Of a stretch of 64,000 nucleotides of DNA, positions 21,601-29,874 are shown in pieces. The stretch's first letter is position 1; every line of letters begins with the position of its first letter. The DNA lies in IMG/VR virus record IMGVR_UViG_3300007513_000984, positions 25,670 to 89,669 of that record; one strand, written 5' to 3'. The position numbers and the translations under genes are program-made. This DNA comes from a virus. The notes under the pieces are model-generated. The model saw nothing but the letters and a program-made list of their open reading frames with translations. It ran no database searches and was not told the origin of the DNA.

Positions 21601-23340
21601 CTCTGCCTCTAGTCTGGCATTCTTTGCATCTCTTTCACGATTTATAACAGCCCTAGGATGTTGTGATAATTTTTTAGATTTTGTTACAACTACATCATCA
21701 ATTGGGTCACCAATATATTTTAGAAGTTGGTCCAACGTCATATTTTCAACTTTTTGAGCCTCAAATCTATTCCCTTTACCAATAGCATTGATGATATCAA
21801 GCCTTAATGATTCTTCTGCATTTTTAAGGTTAGCAATAGCACTCTTACTATTATTTGAGTCTCTTTGAAATATCTCATGGTCATCTTTAAGTTCTTTCCC
21901 AACAGCATCCATCATTTTCTTTTCTTCTTCATTTAGATTTAAGCCTTCCAATCCTCCTTTTTTGAAATATTCATAGGCATACAAATCTTCTGGTTCTGAG
22001 TATATTTTTGTTAACTCAGCATCTAGTGAGATATTAAAATCTAATATTTGGTCATTATTTCCAGTGAATAGATAATCATATTTTTTATTTACATGTCCAG
22101 TATCAAATATTCCTTGGACTATATCCTTTGCGTTTCTCATCTTGTTGAATTTATCTGCCATGTTATGATACACTAGTTTCTTTTCATAGTCTATATAAAA
22201 TAAAACATCATATGCTTGTGTTCCTTTTACTGGATTATATCCTCCAATTTTCATAGCCAAATGTGGAGTAATTTTAGGAAGTTTTGACATACTTGGCTTA
22301 TTTTCTCTTGCTTCTTTTTTAAGACCCTCAGAATGAAAACATATTTCTTCTAATATCGTGTAGATATGACTACCGGCCACATTGCCCCCTACATGTCTAC
22401 CTGCTTCGAATTTTGTATTTATTTTTGCCTTATCTGTATCTGCTTTTTCAAGGTTTGCTACTCTTGATTCTATAGTTCCAACACTAGTTTTCTTATCATC
22501 CTTGGTTTTGGTGGTTTTAATATAATAAAGTCCTTCACCTTTCATACTACCTGCAGTTAATCCATCTTTTTTCATCTGTTCAGAAAATTCATAACTATAT
22601 GTGTGTTTCATTTCTGATTTAAGCATTGTATTTTTATCACCAATCTGTTTGTTTAATGCCGTAAAGAAGTTGTTTAAAGTATCCTCTAGAGTATCACCAA
22701 TGGGATATTCAAAGGGATGCTCAATGAGTGAAACATCACTATCCATTACAACTTTATCAGCAGGTACTTGACCACTAAGTACTGTAGTTGTTCCTCTTGC
22801 GTCTGAAGTGGTGTTTAATTGTTGATAGTCTATAAGTTTAAATGGTATAACTTTTGTTTGGTTGATTTTTGTTTCTACGCCATCTGCATTATGACCTACG
22901 AAATTGATTTTAATAAAATACTCAGCATTACCAATTCCAGTAAATCCACATAGTGCAACTACGTTTTGCAAACTATCTGATAGACTTGTGTTTCCAACTT
23001 GTGTTACAGTGAAATTTACTCTGTATGCCGTTCCAGCAATCTTGCTGTAATCGCCATTGCCCACACCTACAGAATCTACTGTTAAGTCAGTTATATTGAA
23101 CTCAGTGGTAACTCCAGTTTTTGCTATTGTTATATAGTTGTCACTATCTCCTGGCCAAGCATTTGTAATAATGTCACTCATGTCAAAGGCTTCACCTAAA
23201 GAGAATTTTCTCGTTGCTTCACGGTCACATACAAACCACTCTAAGGTGTAGGTGTAGGAATCAAATACATCAAGGGGGTTTTCAATGAATGTGTGACTAT
23301 CTACGAGGTCTTTTAGGTAAGTCGTTGCAGTATTATCCAT
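18652..23340 (-). CDS. Baseplate hub protein (gp27-like) with long C-terminal extension, 1562 aa
   Basis: NPLDVFDSYTY, YDYLFTGNNDQILDFNI, MTIKGDPFWL and FSNGVFQQSLHL motifs; lies between gp53-like and gp5-like genes. Confidence 0.6.
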   Translation of the reverse strand: MDNTATTYLKDLVDSHTFIENPLDVFDSYTYTLEWFVCDREATRKFSLGEAFDMSDIITNAWPGDSDNYITIAKTGVTTEFNITDLTVDSVGVGNGDYSKIAGTAYRVNFTVTQVGNTSLSDSLQNVVALCGFTGIGNAEYFIKINFVGHNADGVETKINQTKVIPFKLIDYQQLNTTSDARGTTTVLSGQVPADKVVMDSDVSLIEHPFEYPIGDTLEDTLNNFFTALNKQIGDKNTMLKSEMKHTYSYEFSEQMKKDGLTAGSMKGEGLYYIKTTKTKDDKKTSVGTIESRVANLEKADTDKAKINTKFEAGRHVGGNVAGSHIYTILEEICFHSEGLKKEARENKPSMSKLPKITPHLAMKIGGYNPVKGTQAYDVLFYIDYEKKLVYHNMADKFNKMRNAKDIVQGIFDTGHVNKKYDYLFTGNNDQILDFNISLDAELTKIYSEPEDLYAYEYFKKGGLEGLNLNEEEKKMMDAVGKELKDDHEIFQRDSNNSKSAIANLKNAEESLRLDIINAIGKGNRFEAQKVENMTLDQLLKYIGDPIDDVVVTKSKKLSQHPRAVINRERDAKNARLEAEAADPFSDVKKEINYGARLKDRESLKDTIAELAEKQKKSDTAFNESRSEYTDQLNDIMATKINNKIESGLSQAGQAVFENIKMKTVISNGKNLILAENLDRDFISKLSNGDFETILASQASNPITFRRLVGNTADNVTNKSQVTLTSSTTSEDKAHITMAREKYYEAKGGRLSMNKADMTIKGDPFWLEGNSPPQSKKKIFGNNGSSKEFHEVTNINGFPHLILKSGIAKGVDENENMMTRTMVFSLYIVTTITSTFSNGVFQQSLHLVKVPEAEHFPSETTKVKVHEVDDRNYPNIHDGEPIIDSEATGPIEIVETNKIINEHIGLHSGEPVIVKIKDYIIKSLGEMRAAQIEKENEKLDNKTESIKTNTTNMVAGNPPVINYTNDGIIRQAEAAHYMEKVKGIKKQCEGGNQSVCDQLENSKNDILAPFGLTTDDIGKLSTATTMNNAINNAIAGGAVVSQYEVAMLQHTAGIPLNITGHDPEDIERIIRDYTNERTPTYHFSSLPLGASLDNAILSGESLLNVEETEDVNINTDAKTWDEKKAYDDQIRYPNSNNDWKNTYWFKEKVNEITDESCPKEKFNPDTRRLECTGIKEGTLTDDEVSAINSKVDELDEIIFAGSLRDQHGAGLIPELLAEQYLWTDNANEMLNNQLDIKELVLNVTDKVLIKNALADKINSSVMLDGLTDDEYQKATGLVNDINAINSSATDGSHRSDLTSAVHVGKLQHELATLSADATLSNTNLDGYYFDSTHRDVEIKNLEELELQMAIKDLTLPAENMTNVATMVDSNGDTTYIPIKNPVDQIEVDQAPILVKTDINTADIILPGSLTNSRFSKDYVGGVGWRYAMQNPDKVDQYREAKKIYQILVSSDYGDMTTVTDDLGQNIQVKDFSNIGPITYTDANGVSQTISNPSAYFGIHTTTYNDINPSYAKDYNVLMGKVADLFPDIISGQKSQLIDGKLPKDNDGSLMLTLTGDKFYIDK

Positions 23341-23344
23341 TGTT

Positions 23345-23635
23345 TTACGCCATGTTACTAATATTATCTTTGCTTGGAATTTTTATTATTTTTCCTGCAG
23401 AAAAATCTCTAATAGGGTCAATTATAATGTCTGGATTTCTAGTAGCAAATACCCACCAATACTTTGCAGTATCATACATCTCATAACTGCACAAGTCTGG
23501 ACGTTCGTCAAATTCTTGAGGTATAGTGTAACTTTCATCGTATGGGTCTCTATAGATAAACCTCTTTTTCATTATATCTAGTACAGTATCGTCTATGATT
23601 GCTGTTCTATTCCATGGTGATTCTTCTTTATACAT
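23345..23635 (-). CDS. gp53: Baseplate wedge protein (gp53/LysM-like)
   Basis: ERPDLCSYEMYDTAKYWWVFATRNPDIIIDPI motif. Confidence 0.8.
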   Translation of the reverse strand: MYKEESPWNRTAIIDDTVLDIMKKRFIYRDPYDESYTIPQEFDERPDLCSYEMYDTAKYWWVFATRNPDIIIDPIRDFSAGKIIKIPSKDNISNMA

Positions 23636-23649
23636 ATCTTTAGTCCTTT

Positions 23650-24366
23650 TTATACATAACCTTTATTCTTTAAGTTACCCTTAAGATAATCTTTAACACT
23701 AAAGTGTTCTCTTATACTCTTAGGTGAGTGTGTGACTTGTAATGTCAGTACAAACATATTCGTAACTGGTACTCTTATTATTTTTAATTTCTTCAGAAAT
23801 TGTCCTCTTTCATCTTTAGGATTAAACCAAAATGGTGTCGGGTCTGGTATTTCTAGATAATCTATATCTGAATCTAGGTTCCAAGTAAAGTCACGAATAA
23901 CACAAGGTACATCTTCATATATTCCGTGTGCGTTAAATCGCAATATCGGTGGTGGCATACCAGGATTATCGTCTTTCAACCAGGACATTTTCATTGTACT
24001 TCTAATCCACACTGATGCTCTGTATACATATTCGGCTTCTGCAATATCTCTCACAATCATTGGTGCGGTTATGTTGATTTCCATATTTGTATGGCTCTCA
24101 AAGGCACGTTGTTGAAAGTTACTATGAGTCATGACATACTCTCCATAGTTTGCACTATTGATTATAGAAGTAGTGGGCGTATACGGAAAATTAAGTCTTG
24201 TTTTTCTCAACTTCTTCTTTGCTTCTTGAGTAGTATATCTACCTTGGGGACCTTCATAATCTTCGAACTTGTCTAGACGTTCTTCTGCATACGGTAAGAT
24301 ATTGTCGAATCTACCACTAGGGTCTTCTAAGTATACTGGTTGTTTTGTATAATATGGACTTGCCAT
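23650..24366 (-). CDS. Baseplate tail-tube initiator (gp48/gp54-like)
   Basis: FPYTP, GMPPPILRFNAHG..DVPCVI motifs; first gene of the hub operon. Confidence 0.65.
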   Translation of the reverse strand: MASPYYTKQPVYLEDPSGRFDNILPYAEERLDKFEDYEGPQGRYTTQEAKKKLRKTRLNFPYTPTTSIINSANYGEYVMTHSNFQQRAFESHTNMEINITAPMIVRDIAEAEYVYRASVWIRSTMKMSWLKDDNPGMPPPILRFNAHGIYEDVPCVIRDFTWNLDSDIDYLEIPDPTPFWFNPKDERGQFLKKLKIIRVPVTNMFVLTLQVTHSPKSIREHFSVKDYLKGNLKNKGYV

Positions 24367-24394
24367 GTCTTTTACTCCTAAATCATTATAACAG

Positions 24395-24423
24395 TATTTA
24401 TCGTTGTATTATATGCGAAGTTT
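24395..24423 (-). promoter_or_regulatory. Late promoter GATAAATA with upstream AAACTTCG element (hub operon)
   Basis: Minus strand AAACTTCG-N13-GATAAATA. Confidence 0.7.
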
Positions 24424-24463
24424 CTGGTCCAGTAACTTTTTACTATATATAGTGTTTATATGC

Positions 24464-24493
24464 TTGACAACCGTCAAGTTTTTATGTTATAAT
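24464..24493 (+). promoter_or_regulatory. sigma70 promoter for the gp55-gp47-SDR-gp46 operon
   Basis: TTGACA-N18-TATAAT with extended -10 TG. Confidence 0.8.
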
Positions 24494-24518
24494 TGTTGTA
24501 AGATTAGGAGAATAAACT

Positions 24519-25388
24519 ATGGCAAGACGACAAAACTACTTAAATAACAAGGATATGTTGAAACAGATACATATCTCTAAGTCAAACTATTGTTGGTTTG
24601 AAGATAGAGATAAACATCACCAGCATGATATGATACTGTATTCAACTAACGAAATCCCTGATGCGGTAGAACAAGCAAGACAAAATAAAGCAAAACGTTT
24701 ACAGAAATTGGCTTGGGATGCTAATGAGGATAGAAAGAAGAAACAGGTAGATTTTGAAGTTGACCCTGCTTCTTTCACGGAAGACGAGATTATATTTCGT
24801 GTAATGGGATTCGACCACATACCCGATGAACCAGGTCGTAAAGCAAACCCAAAGACACCAGCAGACCATAAGGTAAAATTACCATTTCCTGCATTCAAAC
24901 ACTATACTTATGCAGACGAGAAAATCAATGAAGTGGGGATTTCACATTACAACAAAGAGAAAGAATTTGATTTAAGTGCTGGTAAAATCACAGCCGTATT
25001 GGCAACGATGTATATCAAACTAGTAGAAAGATACTCTCAGAGGTCAAACTGGCGAGGATACACATATATTGATGAAATGAGAGGACAAGCATTGCTCCAA
25101 TTAGCACAAATTGGACTACAATTTAACGAAGACAAGAGTGATAATCCATTTGCTTACTACACAACGGTAGTAAACAATTCGTTCACTCGTGTACTTAATA
25201 TAGAAAAGAAAAATCAAGGCATTCGTGATGACTTGCTGGAAAAAGCAGGCCAGGCACCAAGTTGGACAAGACAACTTGCACACGAAATGAAATCTCAGGA
25301 GCGTTGGCAGAAAGTCGTAAAAACAAAAATTACAGACGATGCTATTCCAACAGAAACCATTAAAGAGATTTATGCCGACAATGACTAA
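24519..25388 (+). CDS. gp55: Late-transcription sigma factor (gp55-like)
   Basis: NYLNNKD, NWRGYTYIDEM, FNEDKSDNPFAYYT..NNSFTRVLNIEKK; same synteny as T4 55-47-46. Confidence 0.9.
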   Translation: MARRQNYLNNKDMLKQIHISKSNYCWFEDRDKHHQHDMILYSTNEIPDAVEQARQNKAKRLQKLAWDANEDRKKKQVDFEVDPASFTEDEIIFRVMGFDHIPDEPGRKANPKTPADHKVKLPFPAFKHYTYADEKINEVGISHYNKEKEFDLSAGKITAVLATMYIKLVERYSQRSNWRGYTYIDEMRGQALLQLAQIGLQFNEDKSDNPFAYYTTVVNNSFTRVLNIEKKNQGIRDDLLEKAGQAPSWTRQLAHEMKSQERWQKVVKTKITDDAIPTETIKEIYADND

Positions 25389-26400
25389 TAACCTATTTAA
25401 GAAAGCCGCTTGTTTTACAGATATCCATTGGGGTATGAAGAACAACGCAAAACAACATAATGAGGATTGTTTAGATTTCATTGATTGGTTTATCGAGGAC
25501 GCAAAGAAAAGAGATTGTGAAACTTGTATATTCTTAGGCGATTGGCACCACAACAGGTCAAGTCTAAACATATCAACGATGAAATATAGTCTTGCTGGTC
25601 TACGTAGACTAAGCAAAGCATTCAATAAAGTTTATGTCATCTTGGGCAATCACGACCTATTCTACCGTGAAACACGTGATGTGAATTCTATGGAATTCAT
25701 TGACGACCTTCCTAATGTGGTCTTAGTCAGAGATACACTAGTCGAGGGTAATGTTGGTATTGTTCCATGGTTAGTCGGTGACGAATGGAAGAAAATTCCC
25801 AGATTAGAATCAAAATACATCTTTGCTCATTTAGAGTTACCTACATTTCAACTCAATGCAATGATAGAAATGCCAGACACCGGTGGGTTAAAAGGCAATA
25901 TGTTCAAGAATCAAGATTATGTATTCACTGGACACTTTCATAAACGTCAAGTAAAAGATAACGTAATTTATATTGGTAATGCGTTTCCTCACAACTTCTC
26001 AGACAACTGGGATGATGATAGAGGATGGATGTACTTAGAGTGGGATAAAGAACCAGAGTTCTTCACTTGGAAAGATGCACCAAAGTACAGAACAATAGCA
26101 CTATCAACGTTATTAGATGCACCAGATGAATATCTATTACCTAAAACAAATGTAAAGATAACACTAGATATTGATATTTCTTACGAAGAAGCAAATTTTA
26201 TTAAGGATACATTTGTAGAAACATACAAGTTACGAGATGTAACATTAGTACCACTCAAAAGCAATGAACACGAAAACGATACTGGTGCTGAAATACATTT
26301 TGAAACAATAGATGAAATTGTCGTTTCGCAGTTAGCATCATTAGATGATAATGGTAGTTTTGACAAAAATGTACTTATTGAGATTTATAATAATTTATGA
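25381..26400 (+). CDS. gp47: Recombination endonuclease (gp47, Mre11/SbcD-like)
   Basis: Phosphoesterase motifs TDIHWG, LGDWHH, GNHD, GHFH; start moved to ATG 25381, which overlaps the end of gp55. Confidence 0.93.
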   Translation: MTNNLFKKAACFTDIHWGMKNNAKQHNEDCLDFIDWFIEDAKKRDCETCIFLGDWHHNRSSLNISTMKYSLAGLRRLSKAFNKVYVILGNHDLFYRETRDVNSMEFIDDLPNVVLVRDTLVEGNVGIVPWLVGDEWKKIPRLESKYIFAHLELPTFQLNAMIEMPDTGGLKGNMFKNQDYVFTGHFHKRQVKDNVIYIGNAFPHNFSDNWDDDRGWMYLEWDKEPEFFTWKDAPKYRTIALSTLLDAPDEYLLPKTNVKITLDIDISYEEANFIKDTFVETYKLRDVTLVPLKSNEHENDTGAEIHFETIDEIVVSQLASLDDNGSFDKNVLIEIYNNL

Positions 26401-26993
26401 AGAAGATACTAATTACAGGAAGTCGTAAGTACGGCTTGTGTGAGGCTATGTGCAATCTGTTTGACACAATGCCTGACATCGAGTACGAAACTGCAAGTAG
26501 AAGTAATGGCTATCAGTTAGATACCAACGATGGACAACACAAATTAGCAGAGTATTATATCAATGAAAACTTTGATGTCTTTATAAACAACTCTGCAATA
26601 TGGAAATTCCAGCAAGTTATGATTGCTGAGAGCATTTTTAATGCAATGGAATTAGCAGAAAGAAAGGGACATATTATAAACATAGGGTCAACTGCTGACA
26701 CTGGAGTAAAGGGAAGAAGTTGGAGATATCCAACAGAAAAGAAAGCACTCAAAGCCTATAATAGAGATTTGACTTATAAAGCAATGGGTGGTAGTAATAT
26801 AAAAACAACACTAATTTCGCCAGGAAGTTTAACAACATCAAGTGTGATGAAGAAACATCCTGACAGAAAACTGATTGATGTCGAATACATTGCAGAGTTA
26901 GTAGTATGGGCAATCAATCAACCAGAGTATATCAATGTCAACGAATTGTCGATTGACCCGATACAACATGGAACATACGCAAGAGAGGTATAA
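26397..26993 (+). CDS. Short-chain dehydrogenase/reductase (SDR)
   Basis: ILITGS..YG, DVFINNSA, IINIGS, YxxxK (YPTEK), ISPG. Confidence 0.85.
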   Translation: MKKILITGSRKYGLCEAMCNLFDTMPDIEYETASRSNGYQLDTNDGQHKLAEYYINENFDVFINNSAIWKFQQVMIAESIFNAMELAERKGHIINIGSTADTGVKGRSWRYPTEKKALKAYNRDLTYKAMGGSNIKTTLISPGSLTTSSVMKKHPDRKLIDVEYIAELVVWAINQPEYINVNELSIDPIQHGTYAREV

Positions 26994-26995
26994 GT

Positions 26996-28777
26996 TTGCT
27001 AATAATTAAGAATATAACAATAAGAAATTTTATGAGTGTGGGCAACGTAACCCAGGCTGTAACATTAAACCAAAATGAACTAACTTTAGTTTTGGGTAAT
27101 AATGTTGATTTAGGTAGTGATGGTGCAAGAAACGGAACTGGTAAGACCACTTTAATCAATGCGTTATCGTACGGTTTATATGGCAAAGCACTTACAAATA
27201 TTAAACAGAACAATCTAATCAACAAAACCAATGGTAAAGGTATGATGGTTACTGTTGATTTCACATACAACGGAAATGAATATAGAATTGAACGTGGTCG
27301 TTCTCCTAATGTATTTCATTTTATGCGTGATGGTATGGAACTCGGTGATAATAACGTAGAGAATGCAGGTCAAGGAGAGATGCGATTGACTCAAGTTGAA
27401 GTTGAGAGCATTATTGGTCTTTCTCATGCAATGTTCAAACATATTATTGCATTGAATACTTATACCGAGCCGTTCCTGGCATTACGTGCTGGTGACCAAC
27501 GTGAACTTATCGAAGAACTTCTAGGAATTACAGAACTCTCTCGTAAAGCAGAAGCACTCAAAGAGATTTCAAAGAACACAAGAGAGCAAATAAAAGAAGA
27601 AGAATACTCACTCAAAGGCAAAGAAGATACGAATGCTCGTATTCTTAAAAGCATCAAAGACATTGAACGTAGACAGAAAGTTTGGACAAATAAACAAACA
27701 ACAGATTTAGTAACATTACAAACCGAACTATCTTCATTAACACATTTAGATATAGAATCTGAACTAAAGAACCATGCTTTGTTAGTTACATATAATGAAA
27801 ATATGACGGCAAAATCTACAGCAACTTCTTGGATTGATAGCATCGAGTCTGACAACTCAAAACAAAATAAACTAATAGAAAGATTAGATAACGAAATAAA
27901 ATTAATTGAAGAACACAAATGTCATGCTTGTGGTCAAGAAATTCATGATGAGAAACAAGGCGAGATACTGACAAATAAAAATACACTGAGGAAGGAAGCA
28001 GTAGACCAACTTACCGTAAATCAAACTTCATGGACTGAACACAATACTTTAATCGAGGGTATCGGAGATATTGGCGAGAAACCTGTTACTTTCTATCAGA
28101 CATTATCTGATGCTTACGAACATCAAACTTCTGTAGAGAAATTAGCAGAACAAATAGAACTAAACAAGAACACTGAGGACCCATACGCAGAACAAATAGC
28201 AGATATGCGTGATAGTGCCTTAGAAGAAGTAGACTATGGACACATGAATTCATTGGTTTCTTTGCAGGAACACCAAGAATTCTTATTAAAATTACTAACT
28301 AACAAAGACAGTTTTATACGTAAAAAGATTATAGACCAGAATTTAAGTTATTTAAATCAACGTCTAGCAAGGTACTTAGACCGACTAGGATTACCACATG
28401 ATGTTGTATTCCAAAGCGATTTAACAGTAGAAATCACTGAAATGGGTCGTGATTTAGACTTTGATAACTTATCTAGAGGTGAAAGGAATCGACTTATACT
28501 AGGTTTAAGTTGGAGTTTCCGTGACATATTTGAGTCATTATACAGCACAATTAACGTGTTATTTGTTGATGAATTGATAGATAGCGGATTAGACACCAAT
28601 GGTGTTGAGTCCTCACTTGCTGTTCTTAAGAAGATGGCAAGAGATGGAAATAGAAGTGTGTATTTGATATCACACAAAGACGAATTGCAAGGGCGTGTAC
28701 AAAGCGTTCTAAATGTAATAAAAGAGAATGGTTTTACAAGTTTTTCTCATGAAGAGGAAACTACCACTACAATATAG
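26996..28777 (+). CDS. gp46: Recombination ATPase (gp46, Rad50/SbcC-like)
   Basis: Walker A NGTGKTT, zinc hook CHACGQ, signature LSRGE, Walker B LFVDE, ISH. Confidence 0.95.
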   Translation: MLIIKNITIRNFMSVGNVTQAVTLNQNELTLVLGNNVDLGSDGARNGTGKTTLINALSYGLYGKALTNIKQNNLINKTNGKGMMVTVDFTYNGNEYRIERGRSPNVFHFMRDGMELGDNNVENAGQGEMRLTQVEVESIIGLSHAMFKHIIALNTYTEPFLALRAGDQRELIEELLGITELSRKAEALKEISKNTREQIKEEEYSLKGKEDTNARILKSIKDIERRQKVWTNKQTTDLVTLQTELSSLTHLDIESELKNHALLVTYNENMTAKSTATSWIDSIESDNSKQNKLIERLDNEIKLIEEHKCHACGQEIHDEKQGEILTNKNTLRKEAVDQLTVNQTSWTEHNTLIEGIGDIGEKPVTFYQTLSDAYEHQTSVEKLAEQIELNKNTEDPYAEQIADMRDSALEEVDYGHMNSLVSLQEHQEFLLKLLTNKDSFIRKKIIDQNLSYLNQRLARYLDRLGLPHDVVFQSDLTVEITEMGRDLDFDNLSRGERNRLILGLSWSFRDIFESLYSTINVLFVDELIDSGLDTNGVESSLAVLKKMARDGNRSVYLISHKDELQGRVQSVLNVIKENGFTSFSHEEETTTTI

Positions 28778-28786
28778 GAGAAATAT

Positions 28787-28963
28787 ATGAGTACAAATGC
28801 AGAAATTATGGAAGCAGTTGAAACTTACCAGGCAGAAAATGCTAAGTTTGAAGAAAAGGGTGTAAAAGCCTCAGCCGCTCGTGCCAGAAAGGCATTAGGT
28901 AATCTTGGCAAACTTACAAAGGTACGTAGAAAAGAAATCCAAGAAAAAAAGAATAATATGTAA
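28787..28963 (+). CDS. Small basic Hc1/histone-H1-like DNA-binding protein, 58 aa
   Basis: Not in the ORF track. AGGAG SD; MSTNAEIMEAVETYQAENAKFEEKGVKASAARARKALGNLGKLTKVRRKEIQEKKNNM. Confidence 0.75.
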   Translation: MSTNAEIMEAVETYQAENAKFEEKGVKASAARARKALGNLGKLTKVRRKEIQEKKNNM

Positions 28964-28981
28964 AAAAAATACTAAAACCAC

Positions 28982-29010
28982 TTGACTTTGATGGTCCAGT
29001 ATGTTAGTAT
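28982..29010 (+). promoter_or_regulatory. sigma70 promoter of the candidate sRNA
   Basis: TTGACT-N17-TAGTAT with extended -10 TG. Confidence 0.7.
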
Positions 29011-29016
29011 TATATA

Positions 29017-29140
29017 ATCAACGGAAGCCTATGTCTCCTCTAAACCTCTCTCATCGACACTGGCCTCTAGTTGATACTCTATCAGAACGATAGAGGAGTT
29101 CGACAAAAGGCCCGGTACCAGAAATGGTATCGGGTTTTTT
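29017..29140 (+). ncRNA. Candidate ~125-nt sRNA with CU-rich anti-Shine-Dalgarno loop
   Basis: Bounded by a promoter and a terminator, with no sense ORF; three hairpins. Confidence 0.65.
29109..29140 (+). terminator. Rho-independent terminator
   Basis: CCCGGTACCA-GAAA-TGGTATCGGG followed by T6. Confidence 0.85.
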
Positions 29141-29186
29141 CTTTTTTGTCTAAATACATCAACGTATCTTTATGAGAGAAATCCCA

Positions 29187-29438
29187 ATGACTAGTAAAAA
29201 CTATGAAAATTTGAAATGGTTTGCGACATTTATGTTTGTTCTTGCTGGAGTATTGATATCTCTGAATATAGAACAATCTAAATGGGCTTTTCCATTATTC
29301 GCAACAGGACATATGACTGTGCTGTTCGTATTTTTAAGATTAAAGGATAAGCCAATGATTTTTCAGAATAGTTTCTTCTTGGCTATTGATTTCTTAGGAA
29401 TATATCAGTGGTTATTGGCGCCTATATTTTTTGTTTAA
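29187..29438 (+). CDS. Small 3-TM membrane protein (PnuC/SemiSWEET-like)
   Basis: Three hydrophobic segments, ends LGIYQW; GAGAG SD favours ATG 29187; late motif CTAAATA at 29150. Confidence 0.55.
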   Translation: MTSKNYENLKWFATFMFVLAGVLISLNIEQSKWAFPLFATGHMTVLFVFLRLKDKPMIFQNSFFLAIDFLGIYQWLLAPIFFV

Positions 29439-29859
29439 GGCTTTTTAGATACTCAGTAAGAATTTTTGAACTTCCCACTCGTACATTGATAATACCATTA
29501 TAGTATTCATCTGTTTCTAAGACTCTTCGGTCAAATTGTTCTTTTGCTTCTAGGTAACTCATTGCACCACGACTAGGACAGTAGTGGAGTATTTCACGTG
29601 TAAATTTATCTTGGCCTAATTTTTTTACATCGGCATTTAAATAGTCAGAAGAACCCCAATAAGTTCTCCAATCACTTTCTTTATATCCACGTCTTTTGTT
29701 CTTTCTGCCTTTAAGAGGTGGTTTTGTTGTTTTAAATCGTGATAACTTCTTACCAATGTACTTACGATTATCTACAAGATTTGTAATTATATACACAAAT
29801 CCCTCAACATTCTCAGGTAATTCATCTACAACTTTATTTTTATATGTCCATTCACTCAT
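29422..29859 (-). CDS. Free-standing GIY-YIG endonuclease, 145 aa
   Basis: GFVYIITNLVDNRKYIGKK, YWGSS, FTREIL, conserved Glu (YLEAK) and YYN. Confidence 0.9.
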   Translation of the reverse strand: MSEWTYKNKVVDELPENVEGFVYIITNLVDNRKYIGKKLSRFKTTKPPLKGRKNKRRGYKESDWRTYWGSSDYLNADVKKLGQDKFTREILHYCPSRGAMSYLEAKEQFDRRVLETDEYYNGIINVRVGSSKILTEYLKSLKQKI

Positions 29860-29874
29860 GGTGTTCTCATTCTA

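Noticed and set aside
29082-29276. 64-aa minus-strand ORF
   Set aside because: Overlaps a terminator and the better-supported membrane gene; no recognisable motif.
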